In this document: one piece after another, positions 50,249 to 60,746 of the stretch
How the letters are laid out: each line of letters begins with the position of its first letter
How positions within the stretch are numbered: the stretch's first letter is position 1
Source of the DNA: Bdellovibrionota bacterium
Lineage (GTDB): Bacteria > Bdellovibrionota_C > UBA2361 > CALJRW01
Assembly (NCBI GenBank): GCA_041740355.1
Contig: JBGSMD010000006.1
Span: 64,001-128,000 of the forward strand
Direction of reading: 5' to 3'
DNA length: 64,000 nucleotides
Translations under genes and position numbers: made by a program
Notes under the pieces: model-generated
Seen by the model: the letters and a program-made list of their open reading frames with translations, nothing else
What the model was told of the DNA's origin: nothing
Databases searched by the model: none

Positions 50249-50364
50249 TATTTATAGTGTGTTGCAAAGTCTTTGCCGTAACCTAGCCATAGCAAGTCTA
50301 TCCATTATGGTTTTTATGGTGAAAAATTGAAGTTTTTTCAGCAAGAATTTTTTGAAATTTAATA

Positions 50365-50509
50365 TATAGTGAGTCCAAAAGGTAATTTCCATTGGGAATT
50401 ACTTTTTGGGGCTTACTATCCCCCGGAGGGATAATAAAATCATATAGTTATGACAAAAAATACAAAACTTACTGTTAAACATTCGAAAATACTTTTTGTC
50501 ATAACTATA
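50365..50509 (+). repeat. Family A palindromic element (full, three hairpins)
   Basis: tatagtgagtcc..ggggcttactat / atcccccggagggat / tatagttatgacaaaaa..tttttgtcataactata. Confidence 0.88.
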
Positions 50510-50523
50510 TATATTAAATAATA

Positions 50524-51495
50524 ATGTCCTCTATATTAGTCTCAATTATAATTCCTGTCTATCATTCGGAGTTAACGCTTCCCGGCTGTTTGGAGTCGAT
50601 TAATAATCAGGATCATAATAATTTTGAGGTCATTATCATTGACTCGGAGAGCTCACTAGATACTCAGGCAATTTCCAGAATTCAAAAGGCTAGTTACTAC
50701 AATATCGAGTTTAACAATATCGCGGCCAAGCGTAATTTTGGAGCGTCAAAAGCTGAAGGTAAGATTCTATTGTTTTTAGACTCAGATTGTCTTTTACCAG
50801 AAGGTTTTTTTGATAGCATTCAAAGTATCTTTCAAGATCAAGAGATTGTCGCAGCTGGCTCTCATGATTTTGATTTACCAGCAGATAGTCACTGGATTAA
50901 TTATGCTTGGCAAGTTCATTTTCAAGTCTGGTCCAAGCAGAATACTTCTTGGATCCCAACTCGTTGCTTAGCTGTCCGGCGCAGTTCCTTTGAGCAAGTA
51001 AAAGGATTTAATGAACAGTTGATTACCTGTGAAGATGTTGATTTAGGATATCGTTTGAATAATTATGGTCGTATCCTTAATTCAGATCGTTTGAAAATTA
51101 CCCATGTTTTAAATCCCAAAAATCTTGGTCAGTTTTTTATGAAAGAACTTTGGCATGGACTTAATAGCTTATCAATTAGTATTAAAAATCGATCCAATTA
51201 TAAAGAAATTATTTACTTAATAATTCCAGTTTATTTTGTAGGAATGTTTTTACTTTTATTGCTTACAGTTTATCAGTTTGTATTTTTGTTCAGTTATAGT
51301 GCTTTAGTATTATTGGTAATTGGTATGCTGCCGGCAGTTATAATGTCACTTTATACCGTAGCAAAGCGAAAACAATTTCAGTATTTTCCAGGTCTTTCAA
51401 TTGCTTATTTATTATACTTAATGGCTAGGGGAGCGGCTGCTTGCAAGTTATACTCACCGCTTTTCATTTTTGAGAAAAAAAGAAAAGAAAGGTAA
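50524..51495 (+). CDS. Glycosyltransferase family 2
   Basis: VSIIIPVY, FLDSD, GFNE..CEDVDL, C-terminal TMs. Confidence 0.92.
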   Translation: MSSILVSIIIPVYHSELTLPGCLESINNQDHNNFEVIIIDSESSLDTQAISRIQKASYYNIEFNNIAAKRNFGASKAEGKILLFLDSDCLLPEGFFDSIQSIFQDQEIVAAGSHDFDLPADSHWINYAWQVHFQVWSKQNTSWIPTRCLAVRRSSFEQVKGFNEQLITCEDVDLGYRLNNYGRILNSDRLKITHVLNPKNLGQFFMKELWHGLNSLSISIKNRSNYKEIIYLIIPVYFVGMFLLLLLTVYQFVFLFSYSALVLLVIGMLPAVIMSLYTVAKRKQFQYFPGLSIAYLLYLMARGAAACKLYSPLFIFEKKRKER

Positions 51496-51713
51496 CCCGA
51501 AGGGGGAGCGAGGATAACGAGTCCCGGCGAGCAAAATCCTGGCGCCTTGTCCGCCGTAGCTTTAGCGAAGGTGGAAGACAGGTTTTGCCGTAGAAAATGA
51601 CACCTAAACCCTACGCAGTTAAGTGGTGAGTATTGGTTTTGTCTTTTACGGCGTAACTTGGCTATCGCCAAGATTACGCTCGCCCTTGGCAAATTTCATT
51701 TGCGAAGGGTTTA
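51493..51713. repeat. Two interlocked family B elements plus a 30-nt palindrome insert
   Basis: Minus copy ggtgtcattttctacggcaaaa..ttttgctcgcc carrying cttgtccgccgtagctttagcgaaggtgga (51546-51575); plus copy taaacc..tttacggcgtaac..gattacgctcgccc..ggttta (51605-51713). Confidence 0.75.
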
Positions 51714-51736
51714 ATTTTCTTTGGAAAAACTAAGCC

Positions 51737-52786
51737 TTACAGAGCGGCTAAATTAATGGCACGGCCTTTTTTGATGGTGATCATATCTTCAATCCTTATT
51801 TTGAAACCATCAACAGTTATTTGAGGTTCTAGGCAGAACACATTAGTTTCTTCAAATTTCTGATTATTACTTTCAAATGTAATAAAAAACGGAGGTTCAT
51901 GTAGCTTGAGGCCAATAAAATGTCCTAAGTCAACAATGTTTAGCGTTTCTGCAGGGAGTTTTTGGCGGGTCAGCTCTCGTTTATAGTGCGTTTCGAGATC
52001 AGCACAAAGCATTCCTGCTTTAATCGAAGATATTACGTTTTGATGGGCAAGTTGAAAGCGGAGCAGTACTTCGGAAGTTTCTCCGCCGACTTGAAACATT
52101 CTTGTACAATCAGTAAATAAACCATCTTTAACTATGCCAGCATCAATACAAACATACTCTCCAAGTTTTAATTCACGATGGCTGGCAGATAAAAAAGTTG
52201 ATTCTATTAATCTGTCGCCAGAACAGACAATCGGATCGAATGCTAATGAGTCGGCATTTTCTAAGAGTCGTAGTTTTAAAGTTTTTTCAAGCTCAAGTTC
52301 GGTCATGCCTGGTTGGATCCAGCCGACAGTTGTTTCTAACATTGACTTGAGGCTTTTATAGATTTCGGAGAGTTGTTTAATTTCCTGAGGATTCTTTTTC
52401 CTTAACATTGGCCAGACAGTTTCGGTTAGGTCTAAAATTTCTGCCGGAAGCCCAAGAAAATGGGAGAAAGGAGCTGAGCCTAATACTCCAATCTTTTTCC
52501 AATTATTACCAATTTCATTTAGAAAATTTCCATAGACGTTTTCATCAGAGACAGCGATCACTTTCATTTTGGATCGTTCCTTAAGGTCGGCAACCTTATA
52601 TTCTACTTCAAAAAAACCGTGATCATCTAATGTGCAGAAAAAATAATGACCAGCGGAACGACAAGTGGTGCCAGTAAACGCTTTGGACATTGATGTTTCA
52701 AAACGAGTTGAATAAGCCAGGATAATATCTAATTTATGAGTAACGAGGATTGCTTTTAGAACTTGAATTCTTTCTGGGTAATTCAT
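51737..52786 (-). CDS. M24 family (Xaa-Pro) peptidase
   Basis: IDAG..TDCTR, LGHFIGLKLHEPP, LEP, IRIEDM. Confidence 0.9.
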   Translation of the reverse strand: MNYPERIQVLKAILVTHKLDIILAYSTRFETSMSKAFTGTTCRSAGHYFFCTLDDHGFFEVEYKVADLKERSKMKVIAVSDENVYGNFLNEIGNNWKKIGVLGSAPFSHFLGLPAEILDLTETVWPMLRKKNPQEIKQLSEIYKSLKSMLETTVGWIQPGMTELELEKTLKLRLLENADSLAFDPIVCSGDRLIESTFLSASHRELKLGEYVCIDAGIVKDGLFTDCTRMFQVGGETSEVLLRFQLAHQNVISSIKAGMLCADLETHYKRELTRQKLPAETLNIVDLGHFIGLKLHEPPFFITFESNNQKFEETNVFCLEPQITVDGFKIRIEDMITIKKGRAINLAAL

Positions 52787-52957
52787 GTTGAGAACTTCAA
52801 TCTTGGATATGTTAGATAGATCTTAAAAAATAATTTGACTAAAGAAAATTATATTATCCACATATTGCTTTGTTAAGTACATACTGACAATAGTAATTAC
52901 AGGTTTTAGTAAAAGAGTTAGATCTTGAGCCAAATGCGAGCAATGCGAAATGCATTT

Positions 52958-53647
52958 TTACATAATTATAGATAAAGGGTCGGGATGAATTATTTGCAGA
53001 TTTTCTAATAAATCCAAAGAACAATATCCATCAAGATCTACGAGTAAACGTTCCTCTTGAATTAGTTTGTTTAGGTAAATTAGTTGAACTGCCTGAATAT
53101 GAAGATGTGGCCACCAATTGCCATTCCACGGAGCGGCGCCAATTTCTCCAATAATTTGTCCTTCTCTAATATTTTCACAAAGACCTACTGAAATATTTTG
53201 CAGGTGTGAGAAGATCATGGCGAATTCATTGTTTTTCTCAGGTTGAATGATTAGCCTTGGTCCCCAACCTCCGTTATAATCTTTTTCATCATCAATCAGT
53301 AATGCTTTTCCATTAAATGGGCTGAACACCTTAACTCCCACGGGCAGGTTAATATCAATACCCAAGTGTATAAAAGAAGATGTTTCCTTTTGATATCCAC
53401 CAGCAAGTAAGATTGATCTGTCTTCGAGGTATCCACCAAAAGACCATTCGGCATCCATTGATTTATGAGCTTCTTTGATCATTTCCCAGCTAATCAAGGG
53501 ATTTAATAATTCAGCTTGGGCTAATTTAGGGTTTTGTTGTGTTAGCCATCTTCTAGCAAAGGTATCCAAGTTTATTTCACAAATCTGTTTTTGAGCAAAA
53601 TCAGGAAATATCTTGAATAGCTTCTTTTGGTTAGGGTTCTTCGCCAT
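52958..53647 (-). CDS. M23 family metallopeptidase
   Basis: HLGID (HxxxD), FSHL, GNWWPHLHIQ (HxH). Confidence 0.85.
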   Translation of the reverse strand: MAKNPNQKKLFKIFPDFAQKQICEINLDTFARRWLTQQNPKLAQAELLNPLISWEMIKEAHKSMDAEWSFGGYLEDRSILLAGGYQKETSSFIHLGIDINLPVGVKVFSPFNGKALLIDDEKDYNGGWGPRLIIQPEKNNEFAMIFSHLQNISVGLCENIREGQIIGEIGAAPWNGNWWPHLHIQAVQLIYLNKLIQEERLLVDLDGYCSLDLLENLQIIHPDPLSIIM

Positions 53648-54775
53648 TTAATATTCGTAAATATTACTGCTAAAATGTAATAGTCCTAATTCGCAAGCAA
53701 TGTTCTTTGAAAGATGATAGTTGCGTCGGCAGAGTTGATCTTCGCTATCATCGGGGAAAACAGGTGTGCAGGCAACTTCACATAAAATTGGGCCACTATC
53801 GATTCCTCGATCAGAGAAATGAAATGTGGCTCCGGTGTATAGTTTTGGTGACTTACTCAGATTAAAGCTTGCGGAGGATGTTTCGTTATCTAAACCTTGA
53901 ACTAATTTTATAATATCATTATAGGGGTCTTTCCCTCTACAGGCAAAAGCATAATCTTCTCGGATTATTCCTGGATGAGTATTCATAACAATCGTAGACA
54001 AAGGAGATTTCGGATCGACTAAGTAATCCAATTTTGCCATATAATGATCAGTAACTAAGACGTCAGCATTTAGTTCTAACAAAAGATTTGCTACGCGTGT
54101 TTCAAAATCTAATTTTCTTTCTTGGCGTGCTAGCGAATCTTGCATGGGCAATTTCCGAAAGTCAGAAGGTAAATTATAGCAAAGATCTCGCGCATTCTGG
54201 TGTTCGCTGGCGCGTAGGTTCTTGGGAAAGATCCATTGCCCAGCACTGGGCAATTCGCCAAAAGGAGATTGTTGAAGATCAATCGGCAGATCGTCGCTTA
54301 TTATTCCTACCACTTCACAGAATCCATTTAATCTGCCAGAAGTTGTGGAGCGGAGGATATGCTCAATTGTTCCTTTTAGATAACGAGCATATTTGATTTC
54401 TCCATTTCGGAGCCCAACTTTTTCATCGGCCCCGACATCTCGAATTGAAGTTAAAAAGGCAATCCTTAAAGGGCGAGATGGAACTTTAAATGTTGGTGTA
54501 GACTCGGAATAAAATAGTGTAATTCCAGTACTGATTGTAGCAAAGGATTTAGGCGCTGAGAGAAGTAATCTAGAGGATTCTGAGTGTATTTGACGGAAGC
54601 TTGCCCCATTTAAGGGATGTTCCAAGAATGAAGGATCTGGTTCTGTTGGTGTTTCTGCAGCGAGATGAAGTTCATGACTGACCTTTGACAATCGTCCTAA
54701 ATCTGGATGGTTTAGGCAACAATAATCTGGGGAAGAGATGATTCCAGATTCAAAATCTTGAGCAGTGTTGTGCAA
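53648..54775 (-). CDS. Formyltransferase family protein (PurN/Fmt fold) with insertions
   Basis: RIAFLTS, MNTHPG, TGATFHF..GIDSGPIL; start uncertain. Confidence 0.75.
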   Translation of the reverse strand: MHNTAQDFESGIISSPDYCCLNHPDLGRLSKVSHELHLAAETPTEPDPSFLEHPLNGASFRQIHSESSRLLLSAPKSFATISTGITLFYSESTPTFKVPSRPLRIAFLTSIRDVGADEKVGLRNGEIKYARYLKGTIEHILRSTTSGRLNGFCEVVGIISDDLPIDLQQSPFGELPSAGQWIFPKNLRASEHQNARDLCYNLPSDFRKLPMQDSLARQERKLDFETRVANLLLELNADVLVTDHYMAKLDYLVDPKSPLSTIVMNTHPGIIREDYAFACRGKDPYNDIIKLVQGLDNETSSASFNLSKSPKLYTGATFHFSDRGIDSGPILCEVACTPVFPDDSEDQLCRRNYHLSKNIACELGLLHFSSNIYEY

Positions 54776-54865
54776 TTCCTTTAGTTTTCCTCAAAAGTGT
54801 AAAAATCAAAAAATCCTTATACCAAAAATCTCAGAGTATGCAAGGGGTTAGGGGTTTTTAATTTA

Positions 54866-57085
54866 CTATATCCCATAGCGTTTACCACCACTAATCTTTT
54901 CTTCAACCGGCAGTTCAATTACAAAGCGGGTTCCATGTGGTTGATTTTCAAAAACCTTAATTTTACCCTGATGATCAGCCACAATCGTCGCCACGATGGC
55001 TAGGCCTAAACCACTGCCATCAGCTTTGGTTGTAAAGTAGGGGTCAAAGATCCGTGTGCGATCTTCGGGAGTAATGCCTGTCCCATTGTCTGAAATTTCT
55101 AAGACAGCAAGGCGTGCAGTGGATTGTTTGGTAGTAATTTTTACTAAACCATTTTGTGGTTTCTTTAATTGTACTGCGGAGATGGCATTATCAATTAGGT
55201 TAGTCAGGCAACGACGAAACTGTGCCGTGTCTAAAGCGACTGGCTTAAGTCGGGGGTCGGTGTCTAAGGCTATTTTGAAATTAATTTGCTTATTTTCATA
55301 AGACTGGAGAACTTCGACGATTAGTTCGTTAAGATCGGAACTTGTTAGTTCTGCTAATGGTAAACGAGCAAACTTGGAGAACTCATCAATTAGAACTCTG
55401 ATCACCTCAGTGTTTTGCAGAATTGTTTCGGCTGCTTTTTCCCTTTGTTCTAAATTAAGCTTGTCACCTTGTTGGATAATTCTCTGTGCTGAAAGTTTAA
55501 TGGGAGTTAAGGGGTTTTTGATTTCATGAGCCAAGCGTCTCGCTGCTTCACGCCAAGTAGCAATTTTCTGAGCATGAATCAAATCGCTGATATCGTCAAA
55601 TAAAATTACTGTGCCTAATTCTTGTTCATTTTGATTAATAACCTTACCAATCGTTACAATGATTTCTTTAGGCTGATTATTGATCTGACAAGTAATTTTT
55701 TTCTGAACAATATCAGAAGTAAGATCTTGATAGCGTTGCTTTAACAAAAAAGGGACAATAAAATCATGAATTTTTTGAAAATTAGCAGCACTAAGTAATT
55801 GCTGCATGTTTAGATTCTCGGACTGTTCCAAATGATAATCCGGGAAAAGTCTTCGAGCGGCTTGGTTAGCAGCAATCAGTAAATTATTTTGATCGAGTCC
55901 AATAACAGCAACAGATAAGTTATCTAAAATAGTTTCCGTGTAAATTCGGCGGAGATTTAACTCTTCTTCGCTCGTTCTTAAATCTTGGACCATCTCATTA
56001 AATGATTCTGTGAGTTCACTAAGTTCATCATCCCCTTGAGTTGTAATTTGAATTTGATAATTGCCAGTTGCAACCTCTTTTGTCCCGGCAGAGAGTTGTC
56101 TTAGTGGCTCGGAGATTTCTCTTGCTAAATAAAATCCAATCCAAATGGCTGAGAATAAAATAATTCCAGTAATAATTGCTAATGTCAGCAGGTAGCTAGC
56201 TTTAAGCGGTGTTTTGAAAGTTTGAAGCTGGCCGTATTCTTTAAAGCCGCTTTGAATTGCCTCTAAGCTGCTAGTGATTTCCGGATCGATCCTCCTTGTT
56301 AAAACGACGACAATCTCTTGACTATTATGAGTGACTTGTTGATAGAGGCGAATAAATTGGTTGCTACCACTATTCTCAATTAAGATTCGTTGAATATTCT
56401 TGGTATCGGGAAAATTATTTTGATTTATTTTGGGCTCAGCTAGATCTGGAATCTCATTGACGATACTTCGATCGCTTGTAAGCTCTAAACCTTCCAGCGT
56501 ATAAATTCCAAAGGAGAATAATTGTTGTTTATTCCGTAATTCGGCTAATAGTTCTTTAGTCGACTCTTCGTTATCAAGTAGGTTGAAACTATTCTTGACG
56601 ATCGAAATAATTTGTTGCGAATCCTCGAGCAAGCTTTGTTCTTCTTGTTTAATATATGTTTGTGAAATAAATAAAGCATTGGTAACGACGGAAGAAACTT
56701 GAGCATTAAACCAACCGGAAGTTGCCCTAGAGATTAGGCCTGTTGCCAAGAAAAACATAATTAATGTTGGGATGAAGGTTAGCAATAAAAAAGCACTAAC
56801 AAGTTTTTGTCGCAGTTTTGATCCAAGGATTTTATTGCGGCGATCTAAGAAAAGTTTAATTAAATTTCTTCCAACAACAAAACCTAAGGCAATTAGCAGT
56901 AATAAGTTGAAGTTAAATAGACCAACAATAAATATGCTTTTGGATGATGTGCCAGTTAAACTTTCTGGTTGGAGGAAAAGAATTGAGAGCGCGACTACTA
57001 ATGTTAGTAAAATAAAAATTGACCAGCGCTTAGTCAGGCTCATACGGAGCCAACGCAGAAAAGTTTGCAGTGCGTTTTTAATCAT
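54866..57085 (-). CDS. NtrY-like sensor histidine kinase (HAMP-PAS-HisKA-HATPase)
   Basis: LGSKLRQKLV..GWF, HAMP, WREAARRLAHEIKNPLTPI, DNGTG, FDPYFTTK..GSGLGL. Confidence 0.92.
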   Translation of the reverse strand: MIKNALQTFLRWLRMSLTKRWSIFILLTLVVALSILFLQPESLTGTSSKSIFIVGLFNFNLLLLIALGFVVGRNLIKLFLDRRNKILGSKLRQKLVSAFLLLTFIPTLIMFFLATGLISRATSGWFNAQVSSVVTNALFISQTYIKQEEQSLLEDSQQIISIVKNSFNLLDNEESTKELLAELRNKQQLFSFGIYTLEGLELTSDRSIVNEIPDLAEPKINQNNFPDTKNIQRILIENSGSNQFIRLYQQVTHNSQEIVVVLTRRIDPEITSSLEAIQSGFKEYGQLQTFKTPLKASYLLTLAIITGIILFSAIWIGFYLAREISEPLRQLSAGTKEVATGNYQIQITTQGDDELSELTESFNEMVQDLRTSEEELNLRRIYTETILDNLSVAVIGLDQNNLLIAANQAARRLFPDYHLEQSENLNMQQLLSAANFQKIHDFIVPFLLKQRYQDLTSDIVQKKITCQINNQPKEIIVTIGKVINQNEQELGTVILFDDISDLIHAQKIATWREAARRLAHEIKNPLTPIKLSAQRIIQQGDKLNLEQREKAAETILQNTEVIRVLIDEFSKFARLPLAELTSSDLNELIVEVLQSYENKQINFKIALDTDPRLKPVALDTAQFRRCLTNLIDNAISAVQLKKPQNGLVKITTKQSTARLAVLEISDNGTGITPEDRTRIFDPYFTTKADGSGLGLAIVATIVADHQGKIKVFENQPHGTRFVIELPVEEKISGGKRYGI

Positions 57086-57632
57086 TTAGATTTAGGTGAA
57101 ATTTTTTCCAACCAGTACTAAAACCACTCAGTCGTAATAAGCCAAAGCTTAGGTAATAAGACAGTTCCTCTAGTGTTTTACTATATTCACCTCGACATTC
57201 AGAAAATGCTCTTGTCTCCAAATAAGAATTAGACGTTAGTTTTATTTTAGGAAATTGTTCTAAATTTAAATTTTTGATTGCTCTTAGCGCAGTTAAGGCA
57301 TCTTCTCGCTGGTCATAAGTTTGTCCTTCGGGTAGTCTTTGATCGCGATGCAAATCAGTGATCATCTGATAAGAGTTACTAATTGGATTCCAAGATAAAA
57401 AATGAGTTTCAACAATTTCCTCGGAGCAGTCATTCCAAAATGAATCTGAGTCGCAAATTTTTAATTCAAATCGATAACGAATTTCTTGTCCATTATTAAG
57501 GCAATCATTTACAATCTCATCCTTGCCACTGACTTCTAATGAGAATACTTTTGGATTTTGATTAGAATGTTGGACTGTTAGTTCAGGGCTAGCAAATAAA
57601 ACAATTAGTGGGAAAACGAGGTAGGCTAGCAT
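57078..57632 (-). CDS. DUF4390-like periplasmic protein
   Basis: N-terminal signal, LSWNPISNSY, C-terminal FSTGW; usual position upstream of ntrY-like kinases. Confidence 0.6.
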   Translation of the reverse strand: MLAYLVFPLIVLFASPELTVQHSNQNPKVFSLEVSGKDEIVNDCLNNGQEIRYRFELKICDSDSFWNDCSEEIVETHFLSWNPISNSYQMITDLHRDQRLPEGQTYDQREDALTALRAIKNLNLEQFPKIKLTSNSYLETRAFSECRGEYSKTLEELSYYLSFGLLRLSGFSTGWKKFHLNLND

Positions 57633-57641
57633 TAATATAAT

Positions 57642-58700
57642 TTAAAAATTTTCATTAAATGAGTTTTTAGGAAGAACTAAGCCCAAGTGGGTATATGCTT
57701 CTTCGGTCACGACTCGTCCACGAGGCGTTCGTGCTAGTAATCCAGCTTGAATCAAGAAAGGTTCGTAGACATCTTCGATTGTTTCTCGCTCCTCGGAGAG
57801 TCCAACTGCTAGGGTTTCAAGTCCAACCGGACCACCTTTAAAGTTTTCTATAATAATTTTTAATAGTGCCCGATCCATTTGAGTCAGACCCAGCTGGTCA
57901 ATCTCTAATAAGGACATTGCGCCTTGTACCGCACTGCTATTAATTTCTCCAGTTCCTTTTTCTTGTGCAAAGTCACGGACACGTTTTAAAATCTTATTGG
58001 CAATTCTTGGGGTTCCTCTTGAACGTTCACCAATTTCCAAGGCGGCATGTTCTTCAATACTAATTGCTAGTAACTTAGCAGATCGTAGCACAATCTGTTG
58101 CAGTTCTGTAGGAGAGTAGAATTCCAGCCGTGCAGTAATACCAAAGCGATCGCGCAGCGGGGAAGTCAGCATGCCAGATCGTGTTGTCGCGCCAATTAAG
58201 GTAAATGGTTTAAGGGGAATCTTAACTGACTTTGCCGCTGGACCTTGGCCAATTAAAATATCTATTTCAAAGTCTTCCATTGCCGGATAAAGCACTTCTT
58301 CCACAATTCGAGGTAAACGATGAATTTCATCAATAAATAAAACTGAATTAGCTTCCAGGGAAGTTAGCATTGCAGCTAGGTCTCCTGGTCGCTCAATCAC
58401 TGGACCTGATGTGCTTTTAAAATTTGTACCTAATTGGTTGGACACTATCCGGGCAAGAGAAGTTTTTCCAAGGCCGGGTGGTCCATAAAGTAAGACGTGG
58501 TCTAGTGGTTCAGAACGATTTTTTGCAGCTTGGCAGGCGATTTGGAGATTTTCTTTGGTTTTATCTTGACCAATGTAATTATCAAATGCTGTTGGGCGAA
58601 GTTTAATAAAGGTAGCTTCTTCAGAATTAAGAGGAAGATCGTCGACAAGGTCAGTGCTTAGCCAAGTGTTGATCTCTTCTGAATTATTATTAGTACTCAT
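57642..58700 (-). CDS. ruvB: Holliday junction helicase RuvB
   Basis: [41 protein letters not shown]; start set at ATG 58700. Confidence 0.98.
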   Translation of the reverse strand: MSTNNNSEEINTWLSTDLVDDLPLNSEEATFIKLRPTAFDNYIGQDKTKENLQIACQAAKNRSEPLDHVLLYGPPGLGKTSLARIVSNQLGTNFKSTSGPVIERPGDLAAMLTSLEANSVLFIDEIHRLPRIVEEVLYPAMEDFEIDILIGQGPAAKSVKIPLKPFTLIGATTRSGMLTSPLRDRFGITARLEFYSPTELQQIVLRSAKLLAISIEEHAALEIGERSRGTPRIANKILKRVRDFAQEKGTGEINSSAVQGAMSLLEIDQLGLTQMDRALLKIIIENFKGGPVGLETLAVGLSEERETIEDVYEPFLIQAGLLARTPRGRVVTEEAYTHLGLVLPKNSFNENF

Positions 58701-58808
58701 TTGCAGAGTATACACTGAAAAGTAGAAGCTTTTCCAGCTACCAAAGAATCCAGCCCGCATAAATCATCCTTATCACTGATGAATTATGCGGGCTAGGCAA
58801 AGTTCAAA

Positions 58809-58836
58809 TTGACTTAGGGTTAAATCTCAGTATTCT
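58809..58836 (+). promoter_or_regulatory. Sigma70-type promoter, probably leaderless
   Basis: TTGACT-N16-TATTCT, 6 nt before ATG 58843. Confidence 0.5.
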
Positions 58837-58842
58837 GATCTA

Positions 58843-59079
58843 ATGATCTACCATACCCCAGGTACTGAATATTGCCCAAGTGACTACAAGCAGTTGCTGG
58901 CCTTGTTTGATAATAAAATGAGTATTGATCTTTACTTGTTTAAAGGACCAGAAAGTGTTGTTTTGCTAAAAAAAGCACTCGATGAGGGCCATTTACAGGA
59001 AGCTTCAACCAGTGGAGGAGCCAGAAAATTACTTTATATGACTAAAATGGGCCGTGAATATTGGCAGTCGACAAAATAG
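58843..59079 (+). CDS. Small hypothetical protein, winged-helix-like
   Basis: ALDEGHL..RKLLYMTKMG resembles a wHTH wing. Confidence 0.55.
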   Translation: MIYHTPGTEYCPSDYKQLLALFDNKMSIDLYLFKGPESVVLLKKALDEGHLQEASTSGGARKLLYMTKMGREYWQSTK

Positions 59080-59213
59080 CCCAAGGTATAGCATTATATG
59101 GTAACCTCCACAGTGTAAGAAATAATTTCTCTTACTTGGGAAAGTGCCCTCGGTTAGTTTCTCCTGATTTTGGTTTAATATGCCCCTGTTGTTGTTATCA
59201 ATTTATTAAAGAC

Positions 59214-59837
59214 ATGAAGCGAGTTAGTTTTTTTATTATTACAATTCTAATTTCAGCTAATGCCTGGGCTGCGCCAATTTATGTCTATCGTGAGGCAGAC
59301 GGAACAAAGCGTTTTACAACACAGAAACCACCTAGCAGTTTTAATGCTGAAGTCTATAGTGCTAGTGGTAAGTTCTCTAGGTATAAAGGGAATGGAGTTC
59401 GTTACTCATACTCTCCAGCATCTGCCTATAACTATTCCAAAGTTCGAGCAGTAAATAATAAAAAATTTGATCAGATTATAGCTGATGCTTCAGAAAAACA
59501 TGGATTATCAACTAATTTAATAAAAGCAGTAATTCATGCTGAATCTGGCTTTAATCCTCATGCCGTTTCTCCTAAAGGAGCATTAGGTTTGATGCAACTA
59601 ATGCCATTTAACCTTAGGACTTACGGGGTCAAGGATCCATATTCTCCCGAACAAAATATCAACGGAGGAACAAAAATGCTTTCTAAGCTTCTAAATCGAT
59701 ATTCAGGCAATCTGAGTTTGGCACTTGCTGCTTATAATGCGGGAGAAGGCGCCGTGCAAAAGTATCGAGGTGTTCCACCATATGCGGAGACGGTAAACTA
59801 CGTGAAGAAAGTGATGCGGCTAAAAGCAATGTATTAG
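59214..59837 (+). CDS. Lytic transglycosylase (SLT) with DUF4124-like N-terminus
   Basis: Signal peptide ending AWA; IYVYREADG..FT; AES, GALGLMQLMP, AAYNAG, PPYAETVNYV. Confidence 0.92.
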   Translation: MKRVSFFIITILISANAWAAPIYVYREADGTKRFTTQKPPSSFNAEVYSASGKFSRYKGNGVRYSYSPASAYNYSKVRAVNNKKFDQIIADASEKHGLSTNLIKAVIHAESGFNPHAVSPKGALGLMQLMPFNLRTYGVKDPYSPEQNINGGTKMLSKLLNRYSGNLSLALAAYNAGEGAVQKYRGVPPYAETVNYVKKVMRLKAMY

Positions 59838-59936
59838 GTAGCTAAAAGATTAATCATCTATTATAAACTTATTAGTAGTAAATTCTGAAACTGACCACTA
59901 ACTGACAATCTAATAATTGGCTAAAATAATTTCTTC

Positions 59937-60536
59937 ATGATTCGTTATAAATCAAATTTGCCAAATAATCTTACACTCCTAAGACTTATTCTGATCCCTG
60001 TGTTTGTAGTCTTAATTGAATTTGATCAGTATGTATGGGGAGCTGCATTATTTGGTATCGCTGCTTTTACTGATTATTTGGATGGTTATTTGGCTCGTAA
60101 ACTAAAGTTAGTCAGTGATTTTGGTAAATTAATGGATCCCTTAGCAGATAAACTTTTAGTAATGTCTGCTTTAATTATGCTAGTTGGCCAACGAGATATT
60201 TTTAATGCCAATCCTTATGTTCCTGCTTGGATTGTCGTATTGATTCTAGCAAGAGAAACCTGGGTTACCGGATTAAGAGGACTAGCTGCAAATTCTGGCA
60301 AAATCGTAGCAGCAAGCAGCGCTGGTAAAATTAAAAGCTTCTTACAAATGGTCGCAATTGTCCTCTTGCTGCTACATCGTCATCCGCTTTTTGAAATAGC
60401 ATCTTACGAGATTAATGCTAGTTTTATTGGAATGCGCTTATTAATTGTTTCTTTAGTTTTTTCCTATTGGGGGGCTTTGGAATACACCTTTTTAATTCTT
60501 GGCAATCAAGAGAAAGATCAAGATTCCGCGCAATAA
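59937..60536 (+). CDS. pgsA: CDP-diacylglycerol--glycerol-3-phosphate phosphatidyltransferase
   Basis: NLPNNLT..R, TDYLDGYLAR..FGKLMDPLADK, ARE..GLR, GKIKS. Confidence 0.95.
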   Translation: MIRYKSNLPNNLTLLRLILIPVFVVLIEFDQYVWGAALFGIAAFTDYLDGYLARKLKLVSDFGKLMDPLADKLLVMSALIMLVGQRDIFNANPYVPAWIVVLILARETWVTGLRGLAANSGKIVAASSAGKIKSFLQMVAIVLLLLHRHPLFEIASYEINASFIGMRLLIVSLVFSYWGALEYTFLILGNQEKDQDSAQ

Positions 60537-60746
60537 CTAAGTATTTCAGCTAATTATCCGTCATTAGATTCACGCCCTCACAGTTTAGCTTAAGGTGAAT
60601 ATCAAAAGAAAAAAACTTGTAAAATACTGGCAAAATCACTAATTCCAGGACGTTTGAATGCCAACTTCACAAAAATTATAAACTTTATGTGGTAATGAAA
60701 ACATTTCAAGTTAGGGCTGAACGCTCACGAATTGCAATAATACAAT

